From: Octopus vulgaris
Lineage: Eukaryota
Assembly: GCA_951406725.2 (NCBI GenBank)
Contig: OX597817.1
Span: 38,936,001-39,000,000 of the forward strand
DNA: 64,000 nt
Direction of reading: 5' to 3'
Part shown: positions 25,757 to 39,208 of the stretch, piece after piece
Numbering within the stretch: position 1 is the stretch's first letter
Layout: the number at the start of each line of letters is the position of its first letter
Notes under the pieces: model-generated
Told to the model about the DNA's origin: nothing
Database searches by the model: none
What the model saw: the letters and a program-made list of their open reading frames with translations, nothing else
Position numbers and translations under genes: made by a program

Positions 25757-26707
25757 TTAAGCAATGTTCTAAAGTAATACTTAATGATTTTAAAAACAAG
25801 GAGTGTGTATGTGCTTAAGCAAAATTCAGTTGGGAGGTAAAAATATAAGTAAATGATGTAAAAATTTATGTTCAAAGCTATTTAATTATAAACATTCTCA
25901 GGTATTTCTTAAAAAATGCCATTGAGTTTGTGATGAGGACGAAAGAAAACTAACAATTCATTTGATACCATTTTTATTTAAAAGAAAATATAAAGTTCTC
26001 TTTACAAGAAACAGTAACAGCTAACAAGGTTGTCTACTGTATCAATCTATGTGATACAAGGAATGTTCAGCAAGGCATTTACATGTGTTTAATCTAAATA
26101 ACTTCTTTTACCTTATACCTTTTCCTTGCTTTGTGCAGTAAACACAATCAATTGGCAAATTCCTACTCGTTTATCTCCCCTTTTGTTTAATCGAATTTTT
26201 CTTTCCTCAGATCATTTACCTGCAATGCTACTGCAAAATTCAGTGGGAATATAATAACAGAAGTAAATGATGAAAACATATATATTAAAGGAATAGAAAA
26301 ATTTAAATGGCTAGAAATGAAAAAATAAATTTTAAGAATGGGTTGCCTTTTATTGAAAAATTTAATTTTTTTAACTCAACCAATTCTTCAAATTCATTTT
26401 TTTCTTTGTTAATCACACAAAATTTGCTTATTTAAAATGCCACCAATCAACAATAACTTCTACAGTAAAAAAAAACAAAACATTTCAATTCATATATTTT
26501 TCTTTCTAAAACATTGAATGTCCAGATAAGTAAATTGATAAAATATGAAATGAAACAAACAATTATTATCGTTATATTTTTTTCCAGTTATATAAAAAGA
26601 AATTTACTGCTCAATGTTGATAACATAAAACCTGATTGATTTTGTTTTAGCTCACATGAAAATATAATTTATTTAATTTTTTCTTGAAAAAGAAAGGTTT
26701 ATTGATT

Positions 26708-27102
26708 GGAAAGACTTCCTGTTGTACTTCCCCACCATAAAATGTTTAAAAAAGATATTACACATGGTGGAAAATTGATTTCATACCATGTCTTATAATA
26801 ATAGTGATGAGAAAGTAATAAAAATTAAAAATTTCTATTAAAAAAAACTTTGATTGTGTATTATGTATATTTATGTCCCAACTTGCCTAACATTGAGGCA
26901 TAAATTGCCTAATTCTATGAAATTTGCCTAACCCTTGGGACGTGAATATACATAATACAGAAATGAAGTTTTTTTTTAGTAAAAATTCCTAATTTTTATG
27001 ACTCTCTCATCATTATTATTATAAGACATGGTAGGAAATCAATTTTCCATGTCTAATATTAAAAAAAAATTTTATGATGAGAGTACAAAAAGACATCTTT
27101 CC
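26708..27102. mobile_element. Foldback MITE (~170-bp imperfect arms, GG...CC ends)
   Basis: ggaaaattgatttcataccatgtcttataataat pairs with attattataagacatggtaggaaatcaattttcc. Flanks tattgatt/tgttcatt may be a decayed 8-bp TSD. Confidence 0.7.
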
Positions 27103-27120
27103 TGTTCATTCAATAACATA

Positions 27121-27535
27121 ATTATATTTTGGGATGGTCATTTTTTTTTTCCTTTTGCTAAATAAACACATGCGCTACATATTCGTTCATCACTTCAGCT
27201 TCATTATTGTTCTTATTTTACTGTCCTTTGTCTAAAATATTTTGTCATGCAGGATGTGTGATGAAAGATTTCAGACAAAGGGAGACACGTGGGATGGAGA
27301 GTCATTGAAGAGGTTACAGGAGGTGTGATAAAAGATTTCTGACTAAAGGCACTAAAATAAGAAACAAAGGAGACTAGGATAAGAACAATAACGAAGCTGA
27401 AATGATGAACGAATGTGTAGCGAGTTTATTTGGCCAAATGGAGGGGGTGGGGTAATGACCGTCCTGAAATATAACAATATCTGTTTCAACACAAGATTTC
27501 ACATCAGGAATCTTGCAAAACAAATACATAAACGT
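27121..27535. mobile_element. MITE-like element with inverted arms
   Basis: cgctacatattcgttcatcacttcagcttcattattgttcttat is inverted against ataagaacaataacgaagctgaaatgatgaacgaatgtgtagcg. Confidence 0.65.
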
Positions 27536-28379
27536 AATTTAATAACTGAATCGGAAAAAAACCCATTATTTTTTGTGTTTTTTACTTTTGTTGTTTTATA
27601 AATCTATAAAAATAAATATTTACTGACTTGATCTATCTAAAGTTATTCTCTGGTTTATTTGTTAACGAAAGGAGTTCGATATATGGGAACAAGGGAAGTA
27701 ACTCTTTATACTAATATGAATTAAGACTGGGCTATTTAATAATATGTTGTGGTGCACCTGAGCACTATACAATAATTTCATTATTATTATGCCTGAAAAA
27801 AAAAAAAAAAAAAGGGACACTGATTTCAACAAGAAGTTTATTTCAATCCTATGAAATTTACTATAGCTAAGAATATCCTTAATAATTTTACACTTTCTTG
27901 CAATGCAGATACAAATTAGCATTTAATTTGTGAATACTTTTGTCTATGAAGAAGCAAGTATCAGATTTATAAAAATATTTTTTTCTAATTTATTTTACAG
28001 TAAAGTTATTTGCTTTTGCAGTCATGCCTAGTAAAAATAATGATAAAAAATAGGATTGTTGGTGAGGAATCTAGAAATTTGAAGAATTAAGTCAGAATTG
28101 TCTGATTAACAGAATCAATAGAACAGAAAAATTGCTTCCACTATCAAGTTACATCTCATTGTATTTGTGAATCCAGTGTCAATGTCACTTTTGTATTTCA
28201 TCATTCTCATGTGATAAAATTAGTACCAGTCAAGTTCTAGAATCAATTGAATTGACCCCGCACCCTCCCAAATGTGTAGTTTTGTGCCAACCATTGAAAA
28301 CTATTTTGGTAAGGGAGAACTGGCTATTTAATTTGTAATTTTCATGTCTTCAACAATGTCATATATATCTATGTGTGTG

Positions 28380-28900
28380 TCTCCCCTACAGCCCATCCAT
28401 GCTCACCATTTCCGTTTCCCCCTCAGGTATCCACCTTCCTACAATATGACCCTGTTAAACCCCCTTCCCCCAACCTCCAGCTCCCACTCTCCTTTCGAAA
28501 TCTTGTGAACTCTTCTACCTACCCACCTCTGTTCCACTATATACACTACTCTGTAGCTTGGTTATGTGGCCCTGCTTCCTCTCTGTCATATCTTTCTCTC
28601 TCCCTGCATCTGAGGTAGCCATGTCTTTCTTCAAATGCAAGACACCTTTTTCTGTCCCCCAATACTACTCTCCAGCTCAATTAAGGAGGGCTTGTCCTGC
28701 AAGCTACTTGGTGATCTTACTGCTGCTGATGCCACATAAAATGCACCCAGTACACTCTTTAAAGTGGTTGGTAATAAGAAGGGCACCCAGCTATAGAAAT
28801 CAAACTAAAACAGCAGAGCTTTGTGCAATCTTCTGACTTGCCAGTTCCTATCAAGCTGACCTACCCATGCCAGCATGGAAAGTGGACAGTGAGTGATGAA
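28380..28900 (+). mobile_element. RTE 3'UTR remnant with a pyrimidine-rich segment
   Basis: CT-rich tract, then gccacataaaatgcacccagtacact..gggcacccagctatagaaa..acccatgccagcatggaaagtggac. Confidence 0.65.
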
Positions 28901-29036
28901 AATGAACTCAGAACATAAAGAGCCAGAAGAAATGCCATTAAACACTTTGTCTGATGTGCTAACAATTCTGCCAGCTTGCAGCCTTAAGATTCTTTCCAAT
29001 TTTGGTACAAAGCCAGCAGTTTCGAGGAAAGAGATA

Positions 29037-29557
29037 CCGTAAATCCTCGAGTATAATCTGCATTTTTTCCCCCAAAATTTAAAGGTCAAAATCCCTAGTG
29101 CGTACTATATACGAGGTTAAAAATGAAACATATTTTCTTAGCAATGTCTGAGCCTATTTGCTATCTGGCAATGTTTATTCAGACGCATTTTGTGATGTTG
29201 GGCGCTAAAATACCTTAAGCTAAGCCTGAAAGCAATGAAGTCATAAAAGATTCATCCATAACTTGCAGTAAGCAACATTTATTAAAATAAAAGTATTCAG
29301 AACACAGAATAACATGTAACAAAAACAATTTGCAATCAAATTTACATTCCCATATAACAGTTAAGAACACCACCATTATTGTATTACGCATGCACAGAAG
29401 TGTTTGTTTGACTAGGTGCTGCTGGTTTAATTATGCACGACTCAGGTTAGTGAAGGGGTGCATATTATACACAAAGTTTAGGTTTTTCAGAGGTACAGCC
29501 TCCTAAAAATCTCCTGCGTATTATACTCAAGGGCGAACTATACTCGAGGATTTACGG
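29037..29557. mobile_element. pogo/Tigger-like MITE inserted into a SINE
   Basis: TA|CCGTAAATCCTCGAGTATA...TATACTCGAGGATTTACGG|TA: perfect 19-bp TIR, TA TSD, internal cgtattatac-like subrepeats. Confidence 0.88.
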
Positions 29558-29559
29558 TA

Positions 29560-30137
29560 AGTCATTGACCTCGAAAGGATGAAAGCAAAGTTGACCTTGG
29601 CAGTATTTGATCTCAGAATATAAAGAACCATAAGAGATGCTACTAAGCATTTTGTTTGATGTGCTAATAATATTCCCAGCTCACCGCCATATAATGATGA
29701 TAATAATGGTTTCAAAATTTGATGCAAAGCCAACAGTTTTGAGGAGAGGAGGAAGTTGATTACATTGATCCCTATACATAACTGGTATTTTATTTTATCA
29801 ACTCCAAAAGAATGAAAGGCTAAGTTGACTGGTTTGATTTGAACACACAATGTAAAGAGTCAAGTCAAATGCCACTAAGCATTTAGTCTGACATGGTTAT
29901 GATTCTGCTAGTTGACCACATTAATAATAATAATAGTAATAATAATCCTTTCTACTATAGGCACAAGGCCTGAAATTTAAGGGAGAGGAATAGTCGATTA
30001 CATCAACCTCAGTTTTTCACTGGTACTTAAGTTATCAACCCCGAAAGGATGAAAGGTAATGTCGATCTCAGCAGAATTTGAACTCAGAAAATAGTGCAGG
30101 GCAAAATACTGCTAAGGATTCTGCCAGCTCACCACCT
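29560..30137 (-). mobile_element. Tandem cluster of about 3 family-B SINEs
   Basis: Repeated ccgaaaggatgaaag..gtcgacct..atttgaactcagaa..ctaagcattt..ccagctcacc units separated by (TAA)n. Confidence 0.75.
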
Positions 30138-31116
30138 TAATAATAATAATAATGATAACAACAACAATCAGAACAAATAGGCATTTTAATAACAGAGTAG
30201 TTAAGCACATTTATTTTACATAAGAAATAATAATAATATTGTTCCATCTGTACATTGAACTTTTGTTTTACAAGATATAATCTGTGTAAAATATAGCAAA
30301 GGATAAAATTTACCTTGATTTTGTAAATTTTCATTTACTCAATATTTATTTTAATTTAACATGTTTCTATTGAAAACATTTCACAACCTAATATTCTGGT
30401 AAAATCAGAAACACCAAATATCTTTCAAATTAACTTTTCACAATGTTTTGATAAAGTACTTTGTTCTTTTCTCTTCTGTAATATAAATCTAAGTATTGTC
30501 TCTTCTTCAGGCAGCTGATTTGTAGATTTTCAAAGTAGTGGAAATTAAGTGCATTAATGATCTTTTAGCATGTCTGAACTATGGAAGATTCTTCTAAAAA
30601 ATTATCAATAGTTTTGCACAAAAGAATTTTCTGACAATATTTTAGCACTTTATATTTAGGCTCATCACAGAAAATTGTTCAGAAAAATTTCCATTGTTAC
30701 TAAAAAAACATGTTTGTTTTTGGAAAAAATAAGTGTAAGATTATAATTTGTCAGTGCTAATGATGTTATAACAGCCAAATAATCTAAAAATATTTTTCCA
30801 AATTTAATCCATTTATTTACATATTTAAGCAAAGAGTTTTTAGTGAGTCAAACCCAGTCAAAAAATTAATTAGCAGCCAAAAGAAGTCCTTTAGTAATTC
30901 CAATTAAAAAGTCACCGAAGGAATTTACAATTAGTTCTGGATATTGAGAAGCACACACTAATTCACACATGATACATACAATGATGGATCTACAAAAATA
31001 AAGGTGTTCTTTGAAAAAAAAATTAAGCTGACAGTGAAAAGAAATTAACTTACAATCTATGAAGAAAAAGGAAATACAATTTCCATAAATTTCTTTCAGA
31101 CTAATTATTTCTCATC

Positions 31117-31917
31117 GGATCTTTTCCTTTTAAACGGCACTTTGTAACATAATTTCTAGGTAACTAAAAAGTTTTAAACTTCGTATACTGGTAGAATGTG
31201 TTTATAAAACGTCATTTTCTCTTGGCTTTATTGAGAAAATTCTATATGTTGTAACATATTTTGTCTTTAATTTCAAGCATTTCAGCAATTTTAACCAATC
31301 GCTGATGTCCATTTAGGTAAATAACATTCTGTGCATAATGAATATGTACCTCCTTTAAGAAACAGATTGGGTTTATTTACATTTGTGAAGAAAAAAAGAT
31401 ACCCTTCCCCAACCTCTAACCCTAACCCTAAATCTAAAATAGATTGAAATGCAATAGATCGATACTAGGGCTATAATTATGGGTGACATTTTCATTTGAC
31501 AGCGCTAGAAAAAAATCCCATTTTCCGTAGCGGTGTCGTATGAAATTGTCACCCATAATTATAACCCTAGTATTGATCTATTGCTTTTCAATCTATTTTA
31601 GATTTAGGGTGAGAGTTAGGGGTTGGGGAAGGGTATCTTTTTTCTTCACAAATGTAAATAAACCCAATCTGTTTCTTAAAGGAGGGACATATTCATTATG
31701 CACAGAATGTTATTTACCTAAATGGACATCAGCGACTGGTTAAAATTGCTGAAATGCTCGAATTTAAAGACGAAATATGTTACAACATATAGAATTTTCT
31801 CAATAAAGCCAAGAAAAAATGATGTTTTATAAACACATTCTACCAGTATACGAAGTTTAAAAGTGTTTAGTTAACTAGAAATTGTGTTGAAAAGTGCCGT
31901 TCAAAAGGAAAAGATCC
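31117..31917. mobile_element. 801-bp foldback DNA transposon (~390-bp TIRs, 8-bp TSD; Merlin- or MULE-like)
   Basis: TTCTCATC|GGATCTTTTCC...GGAAAAGATCC|TTCTCATC. The arms are reverse complements up to a short central spacer near 31510-31525 and contain TAACCC repeats. Confidence 0.92.
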
Positions 31918-34900
31918 TTCTCATCTATAAAAGTCTTGCTTCATTAAAATATTTAATTACTGTATCTGAGGTCATATCATGCTGATGATTTTTAAAAAGA
32001 ACGAAACACTGCTATATATATTTGTCATTAGCTAGAAATTCTAAGAACTTCATAATAAATAAGTAATTAAATGTGTATTCTATGCAATTTTTTTTGCTTG
32101 TTCCTTAATTTCAAATTCAAAATTCTAATCCCACCAAATATTATGAAAAAATTATTATCTCACTTACAATAACTCTGTGAAGAATAAAAGAATAAAAGAA
32201 GAGTTTGTGTCAAAATCATCTTAAGCTATAATCTAGGGCTAAGAAAATCAACTGAAACACATTCTAACAAAAAAAAAAAAAAACCCACACTGAATTTCTG
32301 TATTGAAGAAACACTATTTACTAACAGTTTGTAAGTGAACTGTAAACCCATAATTTTATTGTATGCACTAGAAGAAAAAATATGAGTAGGGAGCTTTACA
32401 TGACAAATTCTTAAATGTTAGAATAGTTGTTGGATTGAAAGATACAGCTTTCTCTGAAAGAATGCAGTTTGAAAATTCTAATCACACCAGACAAACGATT
32501 GTGCAACTGTAGTTGTATATTGAAAGGTAACAGTGTGTAATTTAACTATGGATGAGCATTTGGACCAGGAGGAATTGAGCTTATGGTAGTAAGCTATTGC
32601 GAGAAGCTATGTATTAAAAAATCTATACTTCTCCCAGTTTAGAAGACAAGTTCTGAGGCTAATGGCTACAATAAATGGCATAGGCAAAATACAGTAAGTA
32701 ACTAAGTTAATTCTAAACTGCAGAACAAGTATGAGAGGGTCAGGCATGTAGCCTGTAAAATAAGGATTACAATTCTGTGCATATTTTTCAGGTAAAAACC
32801 TGTCTGGCCACAGGAAATATTACCTTGCTTGATAAAAAGTGAGGGTTAACAACAGGAAGGGTATGTATACATATAAAATTTGCTGCAGCAAATTCCATCT
32901 AACCCATGCAAGCATGGAAAAGTGGGTATTAAATGATGATTGTATATATACACATACAAATACACACTATAGACTTCAGAAGTACAAGGTAACCTTACGC
33001 ATGCTGACATAATAAAACTGTGTAAAGTAGTAGGCAAACAAATAAAGACAACAAAGATTTGAAAGGAGCTTTTATTTTTTTAGAGGTTATGACAACCTCT
33101 TTAATGCTGATGCCATGATAAAATGCACCCACTACACTCTGTAAAGTGGTTGATGATAGGAAGAGCATCCAGCAGTAGAAACTACACTATTTCTACTCAC
33201 ATTTATTATCAATGTTATTTTCATGTACACTTTTCAATTGTTAGAGGCAGATTTTCTACTGCCAGATACCCTTCCTTTCATCAACCATCAAGTCTTTCCA
33301 TGCAAGGTAATATTTCTCTCTAATTGGACTAAACAGGTTTCCATTGAAGATTTTAAATGAAGGATGTCACTTATGTGAGAGTGATGCTCATTACATGACA
33401 TCAAGACAAGGGGATACAAACACATTAACACCTCCATGCACACACACACACAAATAGGCTTCTTTCAGTTCCTATCAATGAAATCTACTCAAAGCTTTGG
33501 TAGGCACAAGGCTAGTGTAGAAAACACTTGACCAAAGTGCCACACAGTGGGACTAAATGGAGGAAAATTTTATCTTTTTCCAGAGATGTTTGTTTTTGAG
33601 GTTCTACTAATGGAATCAGAACAAGAGAAAAATGTGTGCAATATGCTTATCTAAAGAAAAGTGAGAGAGCAATAGAATAAATCAAGAACGAGAGAAAGTG
33701 AAAGAAGAAGGCAATGTGGGAGAATAAAAAAAGATGAGAAGGGCGGAGAGGAGGATGTAAACTGTGTCGGAACAGAATATAATACAGCAATTTTACATTT
33801 CTGAACACGCAAATACACAAATAAATAGATATACATGCAAGAAACCAATGCAAAAGTACATACACACACACACACAAACATACCTGTAAGAGGAAATACA
33901 ACCTCAAGAATGTAGGTTTTATGTTTTTAAGGTGATTAACTAATTCTGCAAATTTTAATAACATTGCCCACCAATTATTACATTCTGCTATAAAAACCAT
34001 GCTAAAACAGACAGTGAAGCATAGCCGTCTTCTGTCTAGCTAGCTCCTGTCAAACCATTCAACCCATGCCAGCATGGAAAGCAGATGTTAAATGATGATA
34101 TTATTTACGTGGCAAGCTCGTTCCTTGCAACGCCCTCCAGCTGAGCATCCCTAATCTTGCAGAATCATAAGTGCTGGTGTTATGTAAAAAGCACATGTAC
34201 CAGTGCTGTGTACAAGCACCCAGTACACTCTGAAAAGTGGTTGGTGTTAAGAAAGGTATCCAGCTGTAGAAACCATGCCAAAACAGGCATGAAGCCTGAA
34301 AACACCTTCACCTGGTCAGCTTCTGTCAAACCGTCAAACCCACGTCAGCATAGAAAATGGACATTAAATGATGATGATCATGTTAGCTGTCTTTTATCTG
34401 TCTGGGTGTTGATAATATAAAGGACCAGTCAAGTACCGGGGTCAATTTAATCAACAAAACCTCTCTCCTGAAATATGCTCACTTTGTGCCTATATTAGAA
34501 ACAATTATGAGGCAATGAAATGACAGAACAATTAGGGCAGTCAACAAAATAATGTCTTGTGGCTTTTCTTCTGGCTTTTTAAATTCTGAGATGAAATTCT
34601 ACCGAGGCTAATTTGCCTTTCACTATTTTGAGTTTGTAAAAATAAGTACCAATTCCGCACTGAGCTCAATGTAATCAACTATCTCCCTTCCCCAAATTTC
34701 AGGCCATGTACCTATAGTAGAAAGGATTATTGTTTTTATTATTATATTTTTCATGGTAGAGTACATTTTATATTTAGCTTATTTGAAATGATATTTAAGG
34801 CTGATAATAATGAAAAATTTAATTTAAACAACACACACTTTGTTACTCCTTATTTAAGGAGTAGCTATCAGAAACAGATGCAGTATTGTTTTTTAAAGAG

Positions 34901-35010
34901 AATCATAACCAGTTATACTCCTGACCAAATAATGTTTTGGGTGTGGAATACTTCTAATTCTATTAATGAACAATACTGCATAAATCAGAAGTGAAATAAA
35001 TTTAAATATT

Positions 35011-35420
35011 AGGCGTAGGAGTGGCTGTGTGGTAATTAGCTTGCTTACCAACCACATGATTCCGGGTTCAGTCCCACTGCGTGGCACTTTGGGCAAGTGT
35101 CTTCTACTATATCTTCAGGCCAACCAAAGCCTTGTGAGTGGATTTGGAAGACAGAAACTGAAAGAAGCCCGCCGTATATGTGTGTGTGTGTATGTGTATG
35201 TATGTATGTGTATATGTTTGTGTGTATGCATTTGTCCCACCAACTTCGTTTGACAACCAATGCTGGTGTGTTTACGTACCCCACAACCTAGCGGTTCGGC
35301 AGAAGAGACCGATAGAATAAGTACTAGGCTTCCAAAGAATAAGTCCTGGGGTCGATTTGCTCAACTAAAGGCGGTGCTCCAGCATGGCCACAGTCACATG
35401 ACTGAAACAAGTAAAAGAGT
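35011..35420 (+). mobile_element. tRNA-head CORE-type SINE (family A)
   Basis: A box (tggctgtgtgg), B box (ggttcagtcc), CORE-like ttgggcaagtgtctt, central (TG)n, tail ctgaaacaagtaaaag. Confidence 0.85.
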
Positions 35421-36055
35421 ATTACAAAATCTACTGCAGGTTAAATAAGAAAGTAAATGCATTCTTTCTAATTAGGGTATCCACTATGATGCTGGCATAA
35501 TTGATGACTGCCTTAAAAGTAGCTGATCTATGCTGTTGATCGGAGAGTCAGGAGACTCTCACCCATATTTGCCCACACGTCAATAGTATAAAAAGAATAT
35601 ATTTACATTCACTCATAGTGAGGTTCTGTAATATTTAGATTTCTTATAGCATTTCGCAGCCAACCTTTGACCAACCAATACTGCTGTAATTTCAGTTCTA
35701 TTTTATCGCTTAGGAATTATTGTAAGATAACACTACAATATTCTATTGTGAATGGATATCAAACTGTGGGAATTGCAATATATCTCTGAGCAAGTAGATT
35801 TACTTGTTTCAAACTTCATTTTACTGTGAAATCTGTTGCTATCCAGACAAGCATAACAAGCACAATTATATATCAAGTTCAAGTACAAGACATAATAAAT
35901 AGGTGTTGTAGGAAGGTTTGAACTTATGTCTATATGGTTCATCTGGTGCCTTAACTTTAAAGTCATTATACTTTATTCTAATGTAAGGAATTCTTACTTT
36001 TGCATCACTGGAGTAAAAATTACTCAAAGATGAGTTATGGTAATACTTAATTCTT

Positions 36056-36450
36056 CTATATTGATCTGGTAATATTTGAATAAAATGGAAGACTGACAAC
36101 ATTGCTTAAATAACCACATACTGTAGAACAGAGTTTAAGAGCCTTTTGAAGTGTATCAGTAGAGTTTTCTCGAAAATTCAGTTCTTCAAACTGGTTACTT
36201 TCATTAGTGTTAAGAAGCCTGTTAATCCAGTTTTGCAAACTGCGAAGTGGACCAAGTTGTTTTCTCAACTTTTGGTTTTCGAGTCTCAATTTTTGACATT
36301 TTCTCTTTTCTTCTTTCAATTTCCGATGTAAATTTTCCACTGATACAAGTTTATGGTTAATTCTACTTTTTGGCAATTGTTTGTCTCTTTTTTGCATAAT
36401 ATTTGGACTGATTCTTTCGTGGTATTTTGTAACTCTTGGACTTGTTGATA
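36056..36450 (-). CDS. THAP gene exon 3 (coiled coil plus the start of a P-element transposase-like domain, then stop)
   Basis: Acceptor ctttttttcttaatctag. The phase-1 join gives V-STSPRVTKYH..., in frame with ORF 36056-36397 (LHRKLKEEKRKCQKLRLENQKLRKQL..TLQKALKL..GY...LP). Confidence 0.75.
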
Positions 36451-36629
36451 CTAGATTAAGAAAAAAAGAGAAAAATGGAGTTAATAATACATTAAATATT
36501 TATTTAAGCAAAAGACAATAGGAAATTTTTATGAACTTGCAGGCACTGGCAAGTTCTGGTATCTAAATTAGAGTATAAAAAAAAATCCATACAATATATT
36601 TGAAGTAGGTTACATATAGCATATATGTA

Positions 36630-37036
36630 CCCTCCTTTAAGAAGTCTCCCATAAAATGTACCTCTTGGCTGCATCCGAAAAAATATATATTATGAAACAA
36701 AAATAAACACAAAATTTATTACATGAATCTGTTACCACCACAACAGTCAACTATTTGATGCCGAACACGAGTTTGATGTTGAATACATCCACAAATTTTC
36801 CGCTCAGATAGCTCTTCCCAAGACTGCAAGACGGCTTCATGCAATTCATGCCTCGTTGTAGGGTTTTTCAGTTCAACTTTATTGGCCAAAACTAAAGTTA
36901 ATAATGATTCTGCTAATTCCACGTGTAAACATGTGTTGAATAGAACTCACTGAATAAATCTTAATTAACTGTGTTGTCAATTGTATGTACCTGACATATG
37001 CTAACGTGTATGCAGCCAGACTTTTCACACAGAGGG
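36630..37036 (-). mobile_element. Internally deleted Tc1-like element in THAP intron 2
   Basis: TA|CCCTC..aagtct..ggctgcat and atgcagccagactt..GAGGG|TA ends. Minus ORF PTTRHELHEAVLQSWEEL...HQIVDCCGG resembles a Tc1 transposase C-terminus. Confidence 0.65.
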
Positions 37037-37337
37037 TATTTATCAATATTGGATTTGTTATTTGCATCCATTCTTCATACACTAGGCATTTTTATGCAAT
37101 GCATTTGTGGAGGAAAAGCCACTGTTTGCAAACTTTACTAAAATTAAGGAGACCAATGCAACTGATATTCAATTTGAACTTGTATAAATCAATGTCTTCA
37201 GTTAAAAATTAAAATATGAGTGGGAAGAGAGCTTTAGAGAGTCAGAAATCTGAGAAGTAATGCTACATGATGCACACATACACACACACATGATGCTCTT
37301 TGCACAGAAAGAAGGTAATAATAAATTGATATGTTAC

Positions 37338-38673
37338 CTGATTCAGATATTGGTGTATAACATGGCCCAATATTTCTTATATCCACTCTATTATTAAAAG
37401 ATTCATTATTCTCTAGGTTCTGAGCTCCCCTTACAAGTCTATGGCATTCTAAATCCTGCTGACTAATATCCTCATTTGGTTCAGACGTTTGTATCCGTGA
37501 GTCACTTGACATATGGAAGTAATACGAGTGTTTTGATTCAATTTCATTGACAAGCACATCAGGGGTAGTCACGGGAGATTTTAATATGGAAGTTTCAACT
37601 TTTGTGACATTGGACTGAGATGAATATTGTAAACCTTGATTGTAAATTGAATTGGAATGTAAAGAAATAGTTGGACTGAAATGACTTTTTACAGTCTTCA
37701 CTGTGTCTTTCTTTATGCCAACATCTGATTGATCAGACAGTCTCTGAAACTGAAGATCCTCTTCATCTTTAGAAGCATTTGACTCAATTTCAATATCTTT
37801 TATCAATGTAGTGTTGCTTGGATAGTTTCTAGGTTCTTTTGACTCATGGGACATCAATGAAGAAAGATTTCCAAGATGGGTCTGAGGATACATTTCTGAA
37901 GTTTCTGCTTGATCTTGTAACAATGAATTTTGAATATTTTCACTGGATAGTTTAACAGTATGTAATTTGGGGGATGAAAGATGAGGTGAGGTAGTCTTTA
38001 CTTGTTCACCAATGCTTCTCTCTGAGTTCTGAGAAGAGTCTTCTACATACTCTACTTTAATTTCTCCAGGTTGTAGAAGAGGCTGTAAATTTACATTAGG
38101 TGATTCAGTATGTAGAAGATGGTGTGAAGGAACAGGCAACATAGAAGCAACACTTTCATTAGTTGAAAGAGAAAGATTTGGTTGATGAATAGACTCCATT
38201 CTTTTGGAAGGAAATGTTAATGTATCATTAGAGCTTGAGGCTTGAGGTTTCCTGTGATAGTTGTATTGAATTTGATTTGAAAGCTGAGAAAAGTTTGTCT
38301 GTTCATCAATGTATGAAGTAATAGGAAGAGAATTAACTATTTTCTCAGTCTGTTTCTTTTTAAAGAAGTTCATATCAATAATATTGTGACTGCTTGTAGC
38401 ATTGAAGATGTTTGTAGAAATACTTGTATGTTTTGACAGCCCTGGTAGTTGATGGTTTCTCTGCTCGAGATTTGACAAACACAGTATAGGATTGAACTCA
38501 CCAACAATTTTCTTATGTCTCCGGGATTGGCTAGTGTGAAGGTTAGTTAAATTAGACTGACAAATGGTTCCAGACTGCATATCAAATAGTGTTGGAATAG
38601 CACCTGGTTTCAAACACCTGCCAGTCCCCTCAGGTGTGTGTTTGTATTCAAATTGACTGTCATCAAAATGTAC
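37338..38673 (-). CDS. THAP gene exon 2 (end of THAP domain plus a long S/Q/N-rich low-complexity region)
   Basis: Acceptor tttgcag|GTACATTTT gives VHF..LKPGAIPTLF (THAP His ligand and AVPTIF-like box). 1336 nt open, donor G|gtaaca. Confidence 0.88.
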
Positions 38674-39167
38674 CTGCAAATATAATAATTAGATAAAAGT
38701 AATTGTATGAAGCAGTATATAAAGATGGTGAGAATATATCATAATTCATACGCCTCACAAGAAACAAAAGCACTGCCTCTATATTCCCAAATGTAACTAC
38801 AAGATGACAGCACATCTGAAATAAGAAACAAAAATAAGATAAACTTCTTATTCAATATTCCTATTATCACTGCTCTGCATTTAATTTTCCAGATTGGCAT
38901 AGGTGGAAAGGTTTGAGAAACAGTTACTCTTCAATGATCCACAAGTAAGAATCTACAACCTATCAAGGCAATTAGACAAGCACATGCACACACACACACA
39001 ACAGGCTTCTTTCAGTTTCTATTTATTAAAATTACTCACAAGACATTGATCAGCCCTGAATTGTTGTAGAAGTAGAAGACACTTGCCTAAGATGCCATGC
39101 AGTGGGGTCGAACCTGAAACCACATGGTTGAGAAGCAAACTGCTTAATCACACAGCCATGCCTGCAC

Positions 39168-39207
<40 letters not shown>

Positions 39208-39208
<1 letters not shown>

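Noticed and set aside
31416-31432. TAACCC repeats as an interstitial telomere or fusion site
   Set aside because: Only 2-3 units, mirrored in both arms of a TSD-flanked transposon, so they belong to the element.
31982-32015. CTGATGA...GAAAC hammerhead-like string
   Set aside because: No proper stem II and no complementary stem III/NUH; probably chance.
35011-35085. tRNA gene
   Set aside because: The A/B boxes are the head of a multi-copy SINE; no complete cloverleaf is evident.
37234-37337. C-terminal end of the 481-aa ORF as coding sequence
   Set aside because: It lies beyond the G|gtaac donor at 37338 and runs through a (TG)n tract; splicing to exon 3 keeps the frame.
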